A DNA stretch of 62,983 nt, filler included, from an uncultured Methanosarcinales archaeon (GTDB lineage Archaea > Nanobdellota > Nanobdellia > Woesearchaeales > CALCXY01): assembly GCA_964385185.1 (NCBI GenBank). It is 18 parts of 18 records of this genome, joined end to end, with 100 filler letters (N's around TTAATTAATTAA, not from the genome) between each part and the next. Parts side by side here need not be neighbours in the genome. Positions count along the whole stretch, not along the records: positions 57,935 to 60,429 come from CAYLOA010000066.1; positions 60,530 to 62,983 come from CAYLOA010000067.1; 16 more parts are not named here. The stretch is one strand, 5' to 3'. The notes under the pieces were generated by a model, which was not told the origin of the DNA, did no database searches, and saw only the letters and a list, made by a program, of their open reading frames with translations. How positions within the stretch are numbered: the stretch's first letter is position 1; every line of letters begins with the position of its first letter. Positions 60,354-62,983 of the stretch are shown piece by piece. The translations under genes were made by a program, and so were the position numbers.

Positions 60354-60358
60354 GCGTC
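60344..60358 (+). promoter_or_regulatory. DGR-type cis-acting hairpin downstream of the VR
   Basis: GACGCC-GTA-GGCGTC. Confidence 0.65.
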
Positions 60359-60374
60359 GCATGAGAAATAAAAA

Positions 60375-60429
60375 ATGACTCCTAAAAATCCTTGGAAACA
60401 TGTAAAAGTTGATCCCGCTAGGTTGGAAA
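60375..60429 (+). repeat. Exact 55-bp repeat of the target gene 5' end; start of a second paralogue (truncated)
   Basis: Identical to 59556-59610 (MTPKNPWKHVKVDPARLE). Confidence 0.85.
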
Positions 60430-60529
60430 NNNNNNNNNNNNNNNNNNNNNNNNNNNNNNNNNNNNNNNNNNNNTTAATTAATTAANNNNNNNNNNNNNNN
60501 NNNNNNNNNNNNNNNNNNNNNNNNNNNNN

Positions 60530-62983
60530 CAAGCACAACATCTTTAAAATTATATTCCAATTCATCTTTTTCGAAATAACCCTCTCCAGTCTTAAAACGA
60601 AAATAGGTAGAAATACCTTGAGAAGTTGTAGTTAGTTCACCATTATTCAACATCAACTCAATATCTGGGTTTGACATTGCATCAAGCATAGAATCCAGAT
60701 ATGCTCCCCTCTTAACATGATACTCTGTAGCTTCTACATCACTCATGCGACTTACTGGTTTAGGAGCAATTATTGAATCCAGAACTGAAGCTATACCTCC
60801 TGATTTAAATTGTTGATCAACATCCTGCAAAGACATACCTTTTTCATTTGCCAATCTTAATAACCACAACCCCATCTGTTGAGAATCAATATCTTGTTGA
60901 ATACCTTCTGCAGTAACTATTTGATATGCATTCGTACCTGAGGCAGTCCTATAAATCTGCGCAGTATTGCCAAAAATTTGCTTTACACCTTCCCAATTGT
61001 ATATCTTCAAATCATCTTGAGTCCCATAAACTCCTAGTTTTCTTTCTAACATATCCATAGTCAACCTACCTTCCCTGGATAAAGCTAAATCAACAGAAAA
61101 ATAAATATTATTTTGTAATTTATGCCTCATATCCGTAGCAAATTTATTGCTAGGGTCAGCTATAATTGCCTCATCCAAATTTCTCAATGCACTAGCCAAA
61201 GAAACCGACTGAACATCCACTAAAGCTATACCTGTCATTGCCGATGACCTAACACTTCCAATAGTACTATCTTGAAGACTTAAAAATACCAATCGAGCTT
61301 TGTCATCATCCCCAGAAGTTAACAATAGATTGCCGTAACCCAAGGACATATCTTCATTGGACCTCACTTTGAGGTCCTGCCTAGCTTCTTCAAATAAATC
61401 TAGAGCCTTGGCAAGGGTTTGATGGTAGAAAAAATCCCCTTTATTGGGAAGAACGGCAGCTTGAGCGGCATACATCTGTGCCATGCTCACTTTTACTTGT
61501 GCATGTAACTCTGTATTAGAATGTGTTTCTAAAAAAGCTTCATTTCTCTTAATTGCCTCTTCAAAATTCTTTGTACTTAAAAGTCCTTGAACTGCATAAT
61601 GAAGTTGAGTAAATTCTAATAAATCTCGTTGTCGTACAAATGTAGCCAATTTTACAGGATCATTTCCCATTTGTTGTAAGATAAGAATTTCTGCATGTAT
61701 CTGGGGCAAAATTTCATTAATATCAATCAAATGGTCACCAGTGAAGAAATGAATATTTGAAGGATCTAAAATAACTGTAGAATCATCATCAAGTTCTACC
61801 CTTTGGCCTCCAAATCCATTTAATCCTAAATAATAATTCTGTCCGCCCAACTGAAGAATAGATTCTCTCCCTAATTTGACAATATTGTCTCTCGCTGCTT
61901 GAGAAAATTGCAAAAGTGCGTTAGTATTTGTCAGCACATGAAACTCACCAGCAAAATCCATTTTTACAATAGATTCAAGAATCATATCTTCTCCTCGAAC
62001 AAAAAATTTCCCATCAACAATTTTTCCTGAAATGACTTTTTCTGATAATTTGGCAATAGTTCCCTGAAAATTCTCAAGAACATCAATTTTCCGTTTTATA
62101 ATTCCATTTTTTTCTCTTTGTTCAAAAGTAGTTGTCTGTCTCAAACCCTCATAAATAAATGAATCATCTTCATAATAAACAGTACCATAAGCATCAACTG
62201 CTGCATCCACAATACTAAAAGTATCCAATTTGTTCTTTGCTCTAACTTTAATATCTCCATGATCTACGTGAACAGCTCCCCATGTCTTGAGAAAATTTTT
62301 GTCATATTGAACAACGCTTCGACTTGCTGATGGAGATACCTCATTTAATTTGTCCATCCTCTTTTTTATATATTCTTTAACGCCTTCAGGAATTGTTTCC
62401 CCTGGAGGGACAATCACAGTAGGTACACTGGTAGCAGTAATAATGGTTTTAGTTATTTTATCTTCATATGTAGAGGGTTTACCAAAAGGTTCTAGTACAG
62501 AAACTCCATTAACAACCCTAAACTTCCCCACAACCTTTTTCAAAACTGTAGCTCCATCCCTAATTTCTGTAGTAGCATCCTCTCCAGCAAAATTCCCATT
62601 GCCAAGAACGGTAAAAGAACCTCTAACTTCTGAATGTACCTCCGTCCCATCGGCACGAACAATAATCAAGTTCCCTCCAAGAAATTGGATATTTCCCCTT
62701 TCATCTTTCTGAATAGTAAAATCACTACCTTTGTCAGAAAATTGTAATTGAGCTCCTGTAGATTCTCCCTGTGCATCTAAGACTATACCCTCTTTATCAA
62801 CACTACCTTCTGAAAATTTAACTTGATTACCTCCTGCAAAGGTAACCATAAAACGACCTTTAACAGCCTCAACTTTAACAGCCCCTTTAAGAGTTTCCTT
62901 AGACAACTGGGAATGGCCATTGCTTAATGTTGTGCCATCCCATTCTAACCCTTGAATTCCATTTAACCCTTTAATCTCTTGAC
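60530..62983 (-). CDS. Internal fragment of a very large protein with TPR-like repeats
   Basis: Frame open at both ends; beta-rich region then KNFEEAIK..E.FL, KALDLFEEA, A.RNLDEAI..DPSN. Confidence 0.65.

Noticed and set aside
5377..60529. Recurrent TTAATTAATTAA flanked by N runs, resembling a regular repeat array
   Set aside because: Artificial linker. ORFs ending in X...LIN are artefacts and cross-linker gene neighbourhoods are meaningless.
194..62712. Many short ORFs in the track that overlap longer genes (e.g. 194-553, 21293-21556, 35546-36097, 43135-43434, 62350-62712)
   Set aside because: Antisense or off-frame shadows of well-supported genes, with no motifs
1..62983. CRISPR array, cas genes or rRNA
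   Set aside because: No repeat-spacer periodicity, Cas motifs or rRNA-like sequence seen. The CHAT protein has no CRISPR context here.

Overview
This window is not one locus. It is 18 unrelated metagenomic contigs of about 2.5-5.4 kb, joined by 17 identical 100-nt artificial linkers (N44-TTAATTAATTAA-N44), so gene neighbourhoods only mean something within a contig. Taxonomy below is inferred from gene content, not from database searches. Phage contigs: a packaging/head operon (1-5376), a T4-like baseplate fragment (38455-41409), a second terminase fragment (41510-44280) and a jumbo-phage-like nucleotidyltransferase/ligase fragment (44381-47122). Many AT-rich contigs look like DPANN (Woese/Pacearchaeota-like) archaea. 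They carry pyrB/pyrG, a surface subtilase, a two-intron tRNA-Leu with a LAGLIDADG gene, a complete IS1182, TrmB, a TA module and a MoxR-like AAA ATPase. One other archaeal contig has asd/Lrp/MscS. Two contigs look bacterial: a sigma/anti-sigma/CHAT trio, and tRNA-Gly with an LLM oxidoreductase and an aldehyde dehydrogenase. Best candidates for undescribed biology: (1) a radical SAM / carrier protein / ProRS-catalytic-domain-only / HemN-like radical SAM biosynthetic cluster; (2) a probable DGR target gene with a variable region, a GTA-loop hairpin and a tandem paralogue, downstream of an AAA ATPase; (3) an ECF-like sigma, zinc anti-sigma and membrane-anchored CHAT protease module; (4) a phage ligase-nucleotidyltransferase fusion; (5) two adjacent gene cassettes, each enclosed by nested, interrupted inverted repeats.
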